In this document: positions 7,491 through 15,343 of the stretch, one piece after another
Layout: every line of letters starts with the position of its first letter
Position numbering within the stretch: position 1 is the first letter of the stretch
Assembly: GCA_903923175.1 (NCBI GenBank)
Contig: CAIXWQ010000706.1
Location: 1-19,763 of the forward strand
DNA from: an uncultured delta proteobacterium
GTDB taxonomy: Bacteria; Myxococcota_A; Polyangia; Polyangiales; JADJMO01
DNA length: 19,763 nucleotides
Direction: 5' to 3'
Position numbers and translations under genes: made by a program
The notes under the pieces: generated by a model
Told to the model about the DNA's origin: nothing
What the model saw: the letters and a program-made list of their open reading frames with translations, nothing else
Databases searched by the model: none

Positions 7491-8042
7491 ATGGCGCGCA
7501 CCGCTTGGACGCTCGAGAACCGCACGCAGCTCCCCGCTCGCATCGCCACCATCCTCGTGCCGGTCGACTTCTCGGCCGCGTCGAGGGCGGCGATGGACCA
7601 CGCCGTCGAGCTCGCGCGCGCCCACGAGGCGGCCATCGACGTCGTGCACGTCTGGGACGTCCCCTCGTACTCCGGCGCCGCGCTCGTGTTCGAGGCGAAC
7701 GAGGGGGGGCGCACCTCCGCGAGCCCCACGTTCGCGCAGTACATGCACGACCGCGCGACCTCGGAGCTCGAGGCGTTCCTCGCGTCGTGGGGCGAAGCGG
7801 GGCTCGACATCCGCGGGCGCGTGCTCGACGGCGAGCCGGCGCGCGTCCTGGTCGCGCTCATCCGCGACGAGCACTTCGACCTCTGCGTGATCGGCGAGCG
7901 CGACAAGGGGGCCCGCGAGATCATCCTCGGCAGCGTCGCCGACGCGGTGCTGCGCGAGGCGGACTGCCCCGTCGTCACCGTTCGCGCCGTGCCGGAGCCC
8001 CGCGCGCCCGAAGAGTCGGCCGAAGGGCCGCGCGCGCGCTGA
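7491..8042 (+). CDS. Universal stress protein (UspA family)
   Basis: ATG at 7491. It has the classic Usp Rossmann-like signature: ILVPVDFSAASRAAMDHAVELARAHEAAIDVVHV near the N-terminus and GSVADAVLREADCPVVTV at the C-terminus. The ORF is 183 aa. Confidence 0.85.
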   Translation: MARTAWTLENRTQLPARIATILVPVDFSAASRAAMDHAVELARAHEAAIDVVHVWDVPSYSGAALVFEANEGGRTSASPTFAQYMHDRATSELEAFLASWGEAGLDIRGRVLDGEPARVLVALIRDEHFDLCVIGERDKGAREIILGSVADAVLREADCPVVTVRAVPEPRAPEESAEGPRAR

Positions 8043-8047
8043 GCTGC

Positions 8048-8824
8048 TCAGCCGCCCATCGTCCCCGCGACGACCGCGATCGAGGCGAGCACGCTCGCGG
8101 CCACCAGCGACCAGCCGAGGCGCGTCAGCGCGCGTGGCCCGACCCGCGTGACCGCCATGACCACCGCGAACGCCGCGAAGGGCGCCAGCCCGAGCGCGAC
8201 GCCGAGGCGGACGTTGGCGCGGGTCGTGAGGTAGGCCGCCAGGACCGCGAGCGGCGCGGCCGCGCCGGCGATCCACGCGAGCGCGGCGCTGCCGTCGCGC
8301 TTGGATCGCGCGATCACGCCGCGCACCGAGGCGGTGACGAGGGTGAACCCCCCGGCGAAGACGACGAACGCGCCGATCGCGCGCGGCAGCTCGGCGCCGC
8401 CCGCCAGCGCCACCGGGACGAGCGCCGCGGCCAGCGTGATCGAGACGAGCACCTCGCCGAGCAGCGAGCGCTCCTTGCGCCGGAAGACCAGCACGAGGAC
8501 GAGCGTCCCGAGAGCGAACGCGGGGAGGCCGGCCAGCAGCGCGAGGCCGGGCGCCGTCGCGAAGCCCGCGGCGCCGAAAAGGCAAGCGATCGCCAGCGTC
8601 CGCATCAGCATGATGCGCGCGGCCGTTCCGTGCTCGCGCTTCGCCTTGGGCCCGCGGTGTCCGAGCTCGACGAGGAGCGGCTCGTGCGCGAGGAACGCAG
8701 CGACAGCCGCGGTCGCGCAGAACACGGCGGGGAGATGGAACCGACCGAGGACGAGGCCGGTGGCGAGCGGAACGGCGAGCTGCCCGTAGGCGCCGTGCTC
8801 GCGAGGAAGGAGCGGGTTGGCCAT
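8048..8824 (-). CDS. YwiC-like family integral membrane protein (about 8 TM helices)
   Basis: Start is ATG at 8822-8824 (MANPLLPREHGAYGQLAVPLATGLVLG…). The PREHGAYGQL N-terminal motif is characteristic of YwiC-like proteins. The rest of the protein is highly hydrophobic. The longer ORF extending to 8926 adds an Arg/Pro-rich extension and is less likely. It lies 55 nt downstream of the ATPase gene on the same strand, so an operon is likely. Confidence 0.65.
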   Translation of the reverse strand: MANPLLPREHGAYGQLAVPLATGLVLGRFHLPAVFCATAAVAAFLAHEPLLVELGHRGPKAKREHGTAARIMLMRTLAIACLFGAAGFATAPGLALLAGLPAFALGTLVLVLVFRRKERSLLGEVLVSITLAAALVPVALAGGAELPRAIGAFVVFAGGFTLVTASVRGVIARSKRDGSAALAWIAGAAAPLAVLAAYLTTRANVRLGVALGLAPFAAFAVVMAVTRVGPRALTRLGWSLVAASVLASIAVVAGTMGG

Positions 8825-8879
8825 GCGGTCGAAGTGCGGCCTCAGCAAGGCGTGGGCCCCGGCTAACCCCGCGAACTTC

Positions 8880-9569
8880 CTAACGGGGCTGGGGTATGGG
8901 CGTGCAGGGCGTGCGCGAATCCGCATCGACTGCAGCCTGGGCGAGGGCGATCTCGTCCGAGACGAGCTGCATCACCCGCGCCGCTTTCGCGATGAAATTC
9001 GCGGTGCTGGCGACGAAGAACCGCCGCGGGTGCTGGCGCCAGGCGACCTCGATGAGTCGATCGATCGCCGCCGCCTCCTCCGGGCTCTCGACGCGCAGCC
9101 CCACGCTCCGGTAGCCGTTCTGGACCGTCGGCACCTGCAGTTGGATCACCGCCGCGTAGCGCGCGAGCTCGGCCTGCTCCCCGCTGCCGACCGCGCGGAA
9201 GAAGTCGTCGGGCGCGTCGGGCCAGTACGCGAGGCCGTCGACGGTGCCGCGGTCGCAGAGGATCACGCGGGTCTGGTCGTCGTCGAGCGCCACGGTCTCG
9301 AGCTCGCGCTGCACGTAGTAGATGGCGCGCTGCGCGGCCGCGCGCGACCCGCGTGACGTGCGGCGCGGAAAGCCGCCGCCGAAGACGATGCTCGCCGACT
9401 CGGGGAGCACGACCACGTCGAGCGCGGCCGCGTGGCGCACGATCTCGAGGATGGCCGTCTTGCCTGCGCCAGGCCCTCCGGTGAGCACGACGATGCGCGG
9501 CTTGCGAGGCGCTGGGGTGGAGGGCTGGGGGTCCTTGGCTGCGTCGCCGGATGCTGGAGTGGGCAACAT
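8880..9569 (-). CDS. P-loop NTPase of the AAA_28 type (NadR-kinase-like ATP-binding protein)
   Basis: Start is ATG at 9567-9569 (MLPTPASGDAAKDPQPSTPAPRKPRIVVLTGGPGAGKTAILE…). It has a Walker A motif GGPGAGKT and a Walker B-like VILCDRG. The ORF is about 229 aa. Upstream in-frame Met codons would overlap the divergent gene at 9718, which has a strong RBS, so the shorter start is preferred. Confidence 0.7.
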   Translation of the reverse strand: MLPTPASGDAAKDPQPSTPAPRKPRIVVLTGGPGAGKTAILEIVRHAAALDVVVLPESASIVFGGGFPRRTSRGSRAAAQRAIYYVQRELETVALDDDQTRVILCDRGTVDGLAYWPDAPDDFFRAVGSGEQAELARYAAVIQLQVPTVQNGYRSVGLRVESPEEAAAIDRLIEVAWRQHPRRFFVASTANFIAKAARVMQLVSDEIALAQAAVDADSRTPCTPIPQPR

Positions 9570-9717
9570 GGACGCTGATCGGACGTGCAACAGCGGGGCC
9601 CTGCCTGCAACGAAATCGCCCTCTCGGCCGGGGTAGAGAGCGGAGATTGCGGTGAATTTGCCGTATCGGGGCATGGCTCGCGGCGTGCAGCGCCTCCGCG
9701 CGAGGAGGAACCGTCGC

Positions 9718-9966
9718 ATGGACACTGCCACTTGGAGGGACGAAGCCCGCAAGGCCATCGATCGCCTGCAGTCGGTGCGTGACGAGCTCCGCGTGCAAGC
9801 GCACCTCGCCGGGATGGACGCCAAGGACCGCTGGAAGAGCCTCGAGCCGCGCATCCAGGAGGTCACCGACCACCTCGCGCGCGAGGGGAGCGAAGGAGCG
9901 AGGAAGGCGTTTCAGGAAATCATGGACGAGCTGAAGACATTTCGGGCCTCGCTCGATCGTCACTGA
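9718..9966 (+). CDS. Small (82-aa) all-helical hypothetical protein
   Basis: ATG at 9718 follows a strong SD, GAGGAGG (9702-9708, 9-nt spacer). The protein is charged and coiled-coil-like (MDTATWRDEARKAIDRLQSVRDELRVQAHLAGMDAKDRWKSLEPRIQEVTDHLAREGSEGARKAFQEIMDELKTFRASLDRH). It has high GC3. Confidence 0.6.
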   Translation: MDTATWRDEARKAIDRLQSVRDELRVQAHLAGMDAKDRWKSLEPRIQEVTDHLAREGSEGARKAFQEIMDELKTFRASLDRH

Positions 9967-10095
9967 TCCGCGAGCCCGGACGCACGCGCGGAGGTCGCAC
10001 GGCGCGGCGCGCGATGCGGAGAGCGCGCGGGGGCGAGTCGAGCGGCGTGCGTGAAGGGGCGTCGATGCGTCGTCGTTCCGGAGCGTGCCTGCGGT

Positions 10096-10111
10096 CGCGC
10101 GCATGCGCGCG
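10096..10111 (+). promoter_or_regulatory. 16-nt perfect alternating-CG palindrome abutting the ribosome-binding site of the PAS-LuxR gene
   Basis: CGCGCGCATGCGCGCG (10096-10111) is perfectly self-complementary. It ends 1 nt before the GGAGGAGG SD (10113-10121) of the gene that starts at 10127. It could be an operator or an RNA hairpin. Confidence 0.3.
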
Positions 10112-10126
10112 CGGAGGAGGAGCCCG

Positions 10127-11227
10127 ATGAGTACGCATTCCACGGAGCTCACGTCGGGGCCGAGCTACGGGCGTGGGTCAGGCGACGCGGAGCCCCCGTC
10201 CGACGCAGGGGTCGGTCGCTCGGATCTGACCGAGCGTACAGCTCGTCGGCAGGAGGGGCGCACGGTACTGAAGCCGTTGCGAGAGGCGCGCGATGCACGT
10301 GACGCAGCGGGGGAGAAGGTCGCTCCGGACACCGTGAAAGCCGACTGGATGACGCTGGCGAGCCGCGCGATCGAGATGCTGGCGAAGCCCGCCGTCGTCG
10401 TCGACCGGAAGGGGGCCATTCTCCTCTTCAACCACGAGATGCAGCGCTTGCTCGGGCGCACCCGCGACGAGTCGCTCGACCAGCCGTGGTTCGACCTCTT
10501 CGTGCCGAAGGACGCCCAGGACGCGGCCAAGCACTGCTTCGAGCAGGCGCTGCGCGGCGCGCTGGCCGAGTGCGAGTGCAAGGCGGTCACCAAGAGCGGC
10601 GTCCGCCTCCGTCTGCGCCTCGACGTCTCTGCGATCGGCACCGGGCCGCAGGCCGCGCTGTTCCTCGCGGTGCGAGAGAGCGAGCGCGAGGAGACCGACG
10701 CCGACGCGCCGGTCGAGGGGACGCACTACGCGATCTCGACCGCACCGCACGAGTGGGGTGCGCTGCGGAGCCTGCGCACGCCCGAGGGCCCCGTCGCCGC
10801 GGCGCGCGGTCGCCCCTGCTACGAGTGGCTCGAGCAGCGCTCCGGGCCGTGCCCAGGCTGCCCCGTGCAGGCGCTCCGCGAAGGCGAGTCCGCCAGCATC
10901 GTGCTGCCGAGCCGCGAGGCGGAGCTCCCGCTCCGGCTCGTCTCTGCGCGCGCGGTCAAGGGCGCGGGCGCCGCCGTCGTCCGACGCGAGCTCGAGCCGA
11001 AGCTCATCGCCCAGATCGTCGAGGCGAAGCTGCTCGTGGTCGCGCGCGAGAAGCACCTCTCGCCGCGCGAACGCGACGTGCTGCGCTCGCTGCTGCGCGG
11101 CGACTCCTCGCAGGACATCGCGACGGCGCTCGGCATCTCGCCGCGCACGGTGAAGTTCCATCAGGCGAACCTGCTCCGGAAGCTCGGCGCCGACTCGCGG
11201 CTCGAGCTGGTTCGCTGGCTGCTGTAG
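10127..11227 (+). CDS. PAS-domain / LuxR-type (GerE) HTH transcriptional regulator (one-component; no receiver domain)
   Basis: ATG at 10127 follows GGAGGAGG (10113-10121). The PAS-like core is ASRAIEMLAKPAVVVDRKGAILLFNHEMQRLLGRTRDESLDQPWFDLFVP. The C-terminal LuxR HTH is REKHLSPRERDVLRSLLRGDSSQDIATALGISPRTVKFHQANLLRKLGADSRLELVRWLL. There is no Asp-containing REC domain. Confidence 0.85.
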   Translation: MSTHSTELTSGPSYGRGSGDAEPPSDAGVGRSDLTERTARRQEGRTVLKPLREARDARDAAGEKVAPDTVKADWMTLASRAIEMLAKPAVVVDRKGAILLFNHEMQRLLGRTRDESLDQPWFDLFVPKDAQDAAKHCFEQALRGALAECECKAVTKSGVRLRLRLDVSAIGTGPQAALFLAVRESEREETDADAPVEGTHYAISTAPHEWGALRSLRTPEGPVAAARGRPCYEWLEQRSGPCPGCPVQALREGESASIVLPSREAELPLRLVSARAVKGAGAAVVRRELEPKLIAQIVEAKLLVVAREKHLSPRERDVLRSLLRGDSSQDIATALGISPRTVKFHQANLLRKLGADSRLELVRWLL

Positions 11228-11276
11228 CGTCGCGCGTGCGCCGCGCCGCGTGCTCCGTCCTCGCGTGGCCGCGTCA

Positions 11277-11295
11277 CCCCGCCGCGCCGGCGGGG
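11277..11295. terminator. Putative bidirectional terminator hairpin between convergent genes
   Basis: ccccgccg-cgc-cggcgggg forms a perfect 8-bp G/C stem with a 3-nt loop. It lies 50 nt after the LuxR-family gene stop and 4 nt after the histidine-kinase stop. There is no U-tract. Confidence 0.35.
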
Positions 11296-11299
11296 GCGT

Positions 11300-12535
11300 T
11301 CACGGGCGCTTCGCGCTCGGAAACCACAGCGTGAAGCGGGCGCCGTGCCCGGGCGACGTCTCGAGGCTCAGCCGGCCGCTCGAGCGCTGCACGAAGGCGT
11401 AGACCATCGCGAGGCCGAGCCCGGTGCCCTCTTCGCCCTTCGTCGTGAAGAAGGGCTCGAACACGCGCGCCTCGACGTCCGCCGGCATCCCCGGGCCGTC
11501 ATCGCTCACGTGAAGGCACGCGCCGCCCTCGACGGCGCCGGTCGTCACCTCGATCGTCCCGCCCTTCACGCCGAGGGCGTCGATGGCGTTGACGATCAGG
11601 TTCACGAGCGCGGCGACCCCGTCGCTCGCCCGCAGTCGCACGAGCGGCGGATCGCCGCGGCGCGCCACGACCGTCACGTGCGTGTCGTGCTTCATCCGCA
11701 GGCGCGGCTTGCAGATCTCGATCGCCTCCGCCGCGAGCTGGTCGAGGTCGACCAGATCCTGGTTGCCCGCGGGGGCCTGCCGGCTGAACGCGCGCAGGCG
11801 CTCGATGGTCTCGAGCCCGCGCCGCAACACGAGCTGCATGTCCGCGATCGACTGCTGGGCGTCGACCTCCTCCTTGGAGATCGCCCGCTTGAGGAACTGC
11901 AGGTGCAGCGAGAGCGGGTTCAGGATGTTCTTGAGGTCGTGCGAGATGCCCGCCGCCATCTCGCCGAGCGCCCGTAGCTTCTGCGTGCGCTCGAGCAGGT
12001 CGCGCGAGGCGCGGAGCTCGCGTCGCGAGCGGGTCAGCTCCGCCTCGAGCGCGGCTTGTGCCAGCGCAGTTCCACCGAGGTCCGCGAGCCCTTCGAGCAG
12101 CGCGTGGGCCTCCTCGTCGAGCTCCTGGTCGGCGCCGAGGATCACGATCAGCGTGCCGAAGAGATCGCCCCCCGAGACGAGCGGGAACGTTCGAGCCTGC
12201 GTGTCGGCGGTGCCGAGCGCGGCGATCACGCGCTCTTCGAGCTCGGGGTCGAAGGCGTCGACGTCGCCGAGCCGCGCTGCGAAGTCGGCGGGGAGCCCGT
12301 TCGAAGCGGCAAGCGCGACCCCACCGGTGGGCGTGACGGCGACGACGGCGGCGCCGCGTGCGTCGACGTGCGCCATCGCAGCTTCCGTGACGAGCGGCAG
12401 AATCCGCTCATTCGCGCCGCCGGTCGTCACTGCTCGGCTAAGCCGGACCAACGTCGCGACCGCGCCTCTGTCCGGATGACTCGAAGGAGGCGTCACTGAT
12501 CGCGCAGCATTCGCAAAGGGCGGGCTTGCGGTCAA
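11300..12535 (-). CDS. Cytoplasmic sensor histidine kinase (GAF - HisKA - HATPase_c)
   Basis: The first in-frame start is TTG at 12533-12535, preceded by an AAAGG-like SD. A GTG at 12493-12495 is an alternative. The N-terminal region is GAF-like. The H-box is EMAAGISHDLKNILNPL. The N/G boxes are LVNLIVNAIDA, VSDDGPGM and FEPFFTTKGEEGTGLGLAMV. There are no TM segments. Confidence 0.85.
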   Translation of the reverse strand: MTASPPFANAARSVTPPSSHPDRGAVATLVRLSRAVTTGGANERILPLVTEAAMAHVDARGAAVVAVTPTGGVALAASNGLPADFAARLGDVDAFDPELEERVIAALGTADTQARTFPLVSGGDLFGTLIVILGADQELDEEAHALLEGLADLGGTALAQAALEAELTRSRRELRASRDLLERTQKLRALGEMAAGISHDLKNILNPLSLHLQFLKRAISKEEVDAQQSIADMQLVLRRGLETIERLRAFSRQAPAGNQDLVDLDQLAAEAIEICKPRLRMKHDTHVTVVARRGDPPLVRLRASDGVAALVNLIVNAIDALGVKGGTIEVTTGAVEGGACLHVSDDGPGMPADVEARVFEPFFTTKGEEGTGLGLAMVYAFVQRSSGRLSLETSPGHGARFTLWFPSAKRP

Positions 12536-12590
12536 CCCCTGCCTTTACCCCCTATGCGTTCCTCGTTCCCGAGCGCCTGCGGGCGGGCTA

Positions 12591-13526
12591 ATGTCCGTGT
12601 CGATGGATGCGCGAGCAACGATGGCACGGCTCGGCTTCGACGAGCGCGAGCTCCAGAGTCGACGGGCGATCTTCGAGCTGCACGACGAGGACCTGCAGCG
12701 CCTCACCGCGATCCGCGCGATCGCGGAGCGCCACATGGCCGAAGTCGTGGACGGCTTCTACGCGCTCTTGCTCGGACACCCGGGCACGCGCCGCTTCCTG
12801 ACCGACGACGCCCAGGTCGCGCGGTTGAAGCGGACCCAGAGCGCGTACTTCCTGCAGCTCTTCGACGGCCGCTGCGATCTCCCCTACGTCGAGAACCGCA
12901 TCCGCGTCGGCGCGGTCCACGAGCGCATCGGGCTCGCGCCGAAGTGGTACATCGCGGCCTACCGGCGCTACCTCGCGCTGCTGCTCGAGCGCGTCGTCTT
13001 GGACATCCCCGATCGCGCCGAGGCGCTGGCGGCCTACCAGAGCCTCAAGAAGATCGTCGCCTTCGACATGTCGATCGCGATCGACACCTACATCGCGGCG
13101 AACCTCGAGTCGCTCGGGCGTCACCAGGCCGCGATCCGCGAGCTCTCGACCCCCGTCATCCGCGTGCACGAACGGCTCCTGCTGCTGCCGCTCGTCGGCG
13201 CCATCGACAGCCAGCGGGCGCAGCAGGTCATGGAGATGGTGCTGGTGCGCGTCATCGAGGAGAAGGCGCGCGCGATCATCATCGACATCGCCGGCGTGCC
13301 CGTCGTCGACACCAAGGTCGCCGATCACCTGCTCAAGACCACCGCCGCCGTGAAGTTGATCGGAGCGCAGACGATCTTGACCGGCATCAGCGCGCAAGTC
13401 GCGCGCACCATCGTGCAACTTGGCGTCGACATCTCCTCGATGCACACGCTCGCGCGCCTCTCCGAGGGCATCGAGCTGGGGCTCGAGCTCGTTGGCAAGA
13501 GAATCGCTCCGAAGGAGCCCTCGTGA
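12591..13526 (+). CDS. rsbR: RsbR-like stressosome sensor protein (N-terminal non-haem globin-type sensor domain + C-terminal STAS domain)
   Basis: ATG at 12591. The N-terminal 165 aa resemble the RsbR non-haem globin domain (RLTAIRAIAERHMAEVVDGFYALLLGHPGTRRFLTDDAQVARLKRTQSAYFLQLF…WYIAAYRRYLALL). The C-terminal STAS domain is PVIRVHERLLLLPLVGAIDSQRAQQVMEMVLVRVIEEKARAIIIDIAGVPVVDTKVADHLLKTTAAVKLIGAQTILTGISAQVARTIVQLGVD. The gene order with the next two genes is the canonical rsbR-rsbS-rsbT order. Confidence 0.85.
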   Translation: MSVSMDARATMARLGFDERELQSRRAIFELHDEDLQRLTAIRAIAERHMAEVVDGFYALLLGHPGTRRFLTDDAQVARLKRTQSAYFLQLFDGRCDLPYVENRIRVGAVHERIGLAPKWYIAAYRRYLALLLERVVLDIPDRAEALAAYQSLKKIVAFDMSIAIDTYIAANLESLGRHQAAIRELSTPVIRVHERLLLLPLVGAIDSQRAQQVMEMVLVRVIEEKARAIIIDIAGVPVVDTKVADHLLKTTAAVKLIGAQTILTGISAQVARTIVQLGVDISSMHTLARLSEGIELGLELVGKRIAPKEPS

Positions 13527-13891
13527 GCCGCAAGGGCCCGATCCCCATCCTGCGCGTCGGCAACGTGTTGCTGACGACCATCCACATCGACCTGCAGGAC
13601 ACGATCGCGGCCGCGTTCCAGGAGGACGTCCTCACCGAGATCGAGAAGACCGGCGCGCACGGCATCGTGGTCGACATCAGCGGCCTCGACGAGGTCGACA
13701 CCCACGTCGCGCGCATCCTCGCCGAGACGGGGGCGATGGCGCGGCTCATGGGCACCCGCGCGGTGCTCGTGGGGATGCGCCCCGAGGTCGCCGCGACGCT
13801 CGTGCGCATGGGCTACGCGATGGGCGCGATCGAGACGGCGCTGGACGTCGACGACGGCCTTCGCCTCCTCGGTGGAAGGCCGAAGGGCTGA
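13523..13891 (+). CDS. rsbS: RsbS-like single-STAS-domain stressosome scaffold protein
   Basis: GTG at 13523 overlaps the rsbR TGA in a GTGA overlap and follows AAGGAG (13512-13517). The 122-aa STAS protein is VSRKGPIPILRVGNVLLTTIHIDLQDTIAAAFQEDVLTEIEKTGAHGIVVDISGLDEVDTHVARILAETGAMARLMGTRAVLVGMRPEVAATLVRMGYAM… It corresponds to the C-terminal part of the longer ORF-track entry 12554..13891, whose N-terminal part is out-of-frame junk. Confidence 0.8.
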   Translation: MSRKGPIPILRVGNVLLTTIHIDLQDTIAAAFQEDVLTEIEKTGAHGIVVDISGLDEVDTHVARILAETGAMARLMGTRAVLVGMRPEVAATLVRMGYAMGAIETALDVDDGLRLLGGRPKG

Positions 13892-13898
13892 AGTGACC

Positions 13899-14330
13899 AT
13901 GGGCTCGCTGGCGTTCGAATCCCAGACGCTGTCGTCCGAGACGATGGCGATCGATCGCGAGGAGGACATCGTCCACGTGCGCAAGCGCGCGCGGATGCTG
14001 GCCCAGGCGCGCGGGTTCGACGCCTTCGCGTGCGCCGCGCTCACCACCGCGGCCTCGGAGCTCGCGCGCAACGTGTGGGTGCACGGCGGCGGCGGCCAGG
14101 CGACGCTCGAGGAGCTCTCCGACGGCAACCGCTTCGGCATCCGGATGGTCTTCCGCGATCAGGGCCCGGGGATCGCCGACCTCGAGCGCGCACTTCAGGG
14201 GGGCTACTCCACCGCGCGCTCGCTCGGCCTCGGGCTCTCCGGCACGCGGCGGCTCGTGGAGGACTTCGCCATCGACACGCGACCCGGTGAAGGGACGCGC
14301 GTCACGATCACCAAATGGACTCGTTTCTGA
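13899..14330 (+). CDS. rsbT: RsbT-like serine/threonine protein kinase (GHKL/anti-sigma-factor-kinase fold), the stressosome switch kinase
   Basis: ATG at 13899 follows GAAGGG (13882-13887). A GTG at 13893 is an alternative. The N-box is ASELARNVWVHG. The G-boxes are DQGPGI and SLGLGLSG. The size (about 143 aa) and its position after rsbS match RsbT. Confidence 0.85.
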   Translation: MGSLAFESQTLSSETMAIDREEDIVHVRKRARMLAQARGFDAFACAALTTAASELARNVWVHGGGGQATLEELSDGNRFGIRMVFRDQGPGIADLERALQGGYSTARSLGLGLSGTRRLVEDFAIDTRPGEGTRVTITKWTRF

Positions 14331-15343
14331 TCGAGCGGTGGGTCTCCCACCTCGATCGGCTGACGATCTACGACGAGGCCTCGGTCTCGGAAGCGCGGCA
14401 GCGCGCCCGGGCGGCGGCCGCCGCCGCGGGGATGTCCGCCGACGCGGCGGCGACGCTCGCGCTGATCGCGAGCGAGCTCGCCCACAACCAGCTACGCCAC
14501 GCGCGCGGCGGGCAGATCGCCGCGAGCGTCTTCGCCCGCGGCGACCGGCTCGGGGTCGAGATCGTCGCCGCCGATCGCGGCGGAGGGATCGCGGATCCGT
14601 CGGCGGCGATCGAGCACGGCGCCTCGACGGGCGGCGGCCTCGGCGCGGGGCTCGCGGGGGTGCTGAGGCTGGCCGACGAGGTCGATTTCGACATCCGCCT
14701 CGGCCAGGGGACTTGCGTCTGGGCCCGCAAGATCGAGGGCGCGAGCCACCGACGCGAGGTCGCCGTGCTCGGCCGCCCCGCCGACGGCGAGCGCGTCAGC
14801 GGCGACGACGCCTGCTTCGTGCGCGACGACGACACGCTCGTGCTCGCGCTCGCCGACGGCCTCGGGCACGGCCCCGACGCGAGCCTGGCGGCCCGCGCCG
14901 CGGTGGAGACGGTGCGCAACGCCCCCGCTCGCGCGCTCCCCGATCTGCTGCGCGAGGCAGGCGCCGCGCTCGTGCGGACGCGCGGCGCCGCGATGTCGAT
15001 CGTGCGCATCGACGAGCGGTTCGCCGAGCTGCGCCACGCGGGCGTCGGCAACGTCACGGCGCACGTGGTCTCCGCCGACTCGCAGCGCGCCTTCAGCGGC
15101 ATCTCGGCGGTGCTCGGCATGGAGCCGGCGCGCGCGCCGCTGCGTCGCGCTCGCACCGACGAGGATCACGCCCCCTTCGGCCCGTGGGACGTCGCGTTCC
15201 TGTTCACCGACGGCTTGACGACGCGCACGCGCCTGGAATCCGAGAGCGGCGCGCTGCGTCGCCATCCCGTCCTGATCGCCGACGCGCTGCTGAAGGCGTT
15301 CGGGCGCACGCACGACGACGCGACGGTCATCGTCGTCTCGTGA
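14315..15343 (+). CDS. Fusion protein: RsbT-paralogous GHKL Ser-kinase domain (residues about 1-150) + PP2C/SpoIIE-type (RsbX-like) phosphatase domain (about 152-342)
   Basis: ATG at 14315 lies 16 nt inside the rsbT 3' end. The N-terminal domain aligns motif-for-motif with the preceding RsbT (IYDEASVSEARQRARAAAAAAG… ASELAHNQLRHARGGQ, DRGGGIAD, STGGGLGAGLAG). The C-terminal PP2C motifs are LALADGLGHGPDAS, FLFTDGLT and HDDATVIVVS. Confidence 0.85.
   Translation: MDSFLIERWVSHLDRLTIYDEASVSEARQRARAAAAAAGMSADAAATLALIASELAHNQLRHARGGQIAASVFARGDRLGVEIVAADRGGGIADPSAAIEHGASTGGGLGAGLAGVLRLADEVDFDIRLGQGTCVWARKIEGASHRREVAVLGRPADGERVSGDDACFVRDDDTLVLALADGLGHGPDASLAARAAVETVRNAPARALPDLLREAGAALVRTRGAAMSIVRIDERFAELRHAGVGNVTAHVVSADSQRAFSGISAVLGMEPARAPLRRARTDEDHAPFGPWDVAFLFTDGLTTRTRLESESGALRRHPVLIADALLKAFGRTHDDATVIVVS

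Noticed and set aside
4940-7978. 1012-aa ORF on the minus strand
   Set aside because: It is antisense to the beta-helix and usp genes. Its translation is Arg/Ala/Gly/Pro low-complexity sequence with no recognisable domain. It is a typical stop-codon-poor shadow frame of a >70 % GC genome, whereas the sense genes carry clear domain motifs.
7281-10152. Several overlapping long ORFs (7281..8585 -, 7382..8866 +, 8817..9356 +, 8863..10152 -)
   Set aside because: All overlap better-supported genes (usp, YwiC-like, ATPase, small helical protein) in other frames or strands and translate to Arg/Gly/Asp low-complexity sequence.
10178-12499. Antisense and off-frame ORFs over the PAS-LuxR and histidine-kinase genes (10178..11161 -, 10486..11334 +, 11345..11977 +, 11583..12479 +, and others)
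   Set aside because: The sense-frame products contain complete PAS/LuxR and GAF/HisKA/HATPase motifs, while these alternatives have none.
12554-13522. N-terminal 323 codons of the 445-aa plus-strand ORF 12554..13891
   Set aside because: It is out of frame with rsbR, which occupies this region with clear globin/STAS motifs. Only the last 122 codons, from the GTG at 13523 with AAGGAG upstream, form a coherent STAS protein (RsbS).
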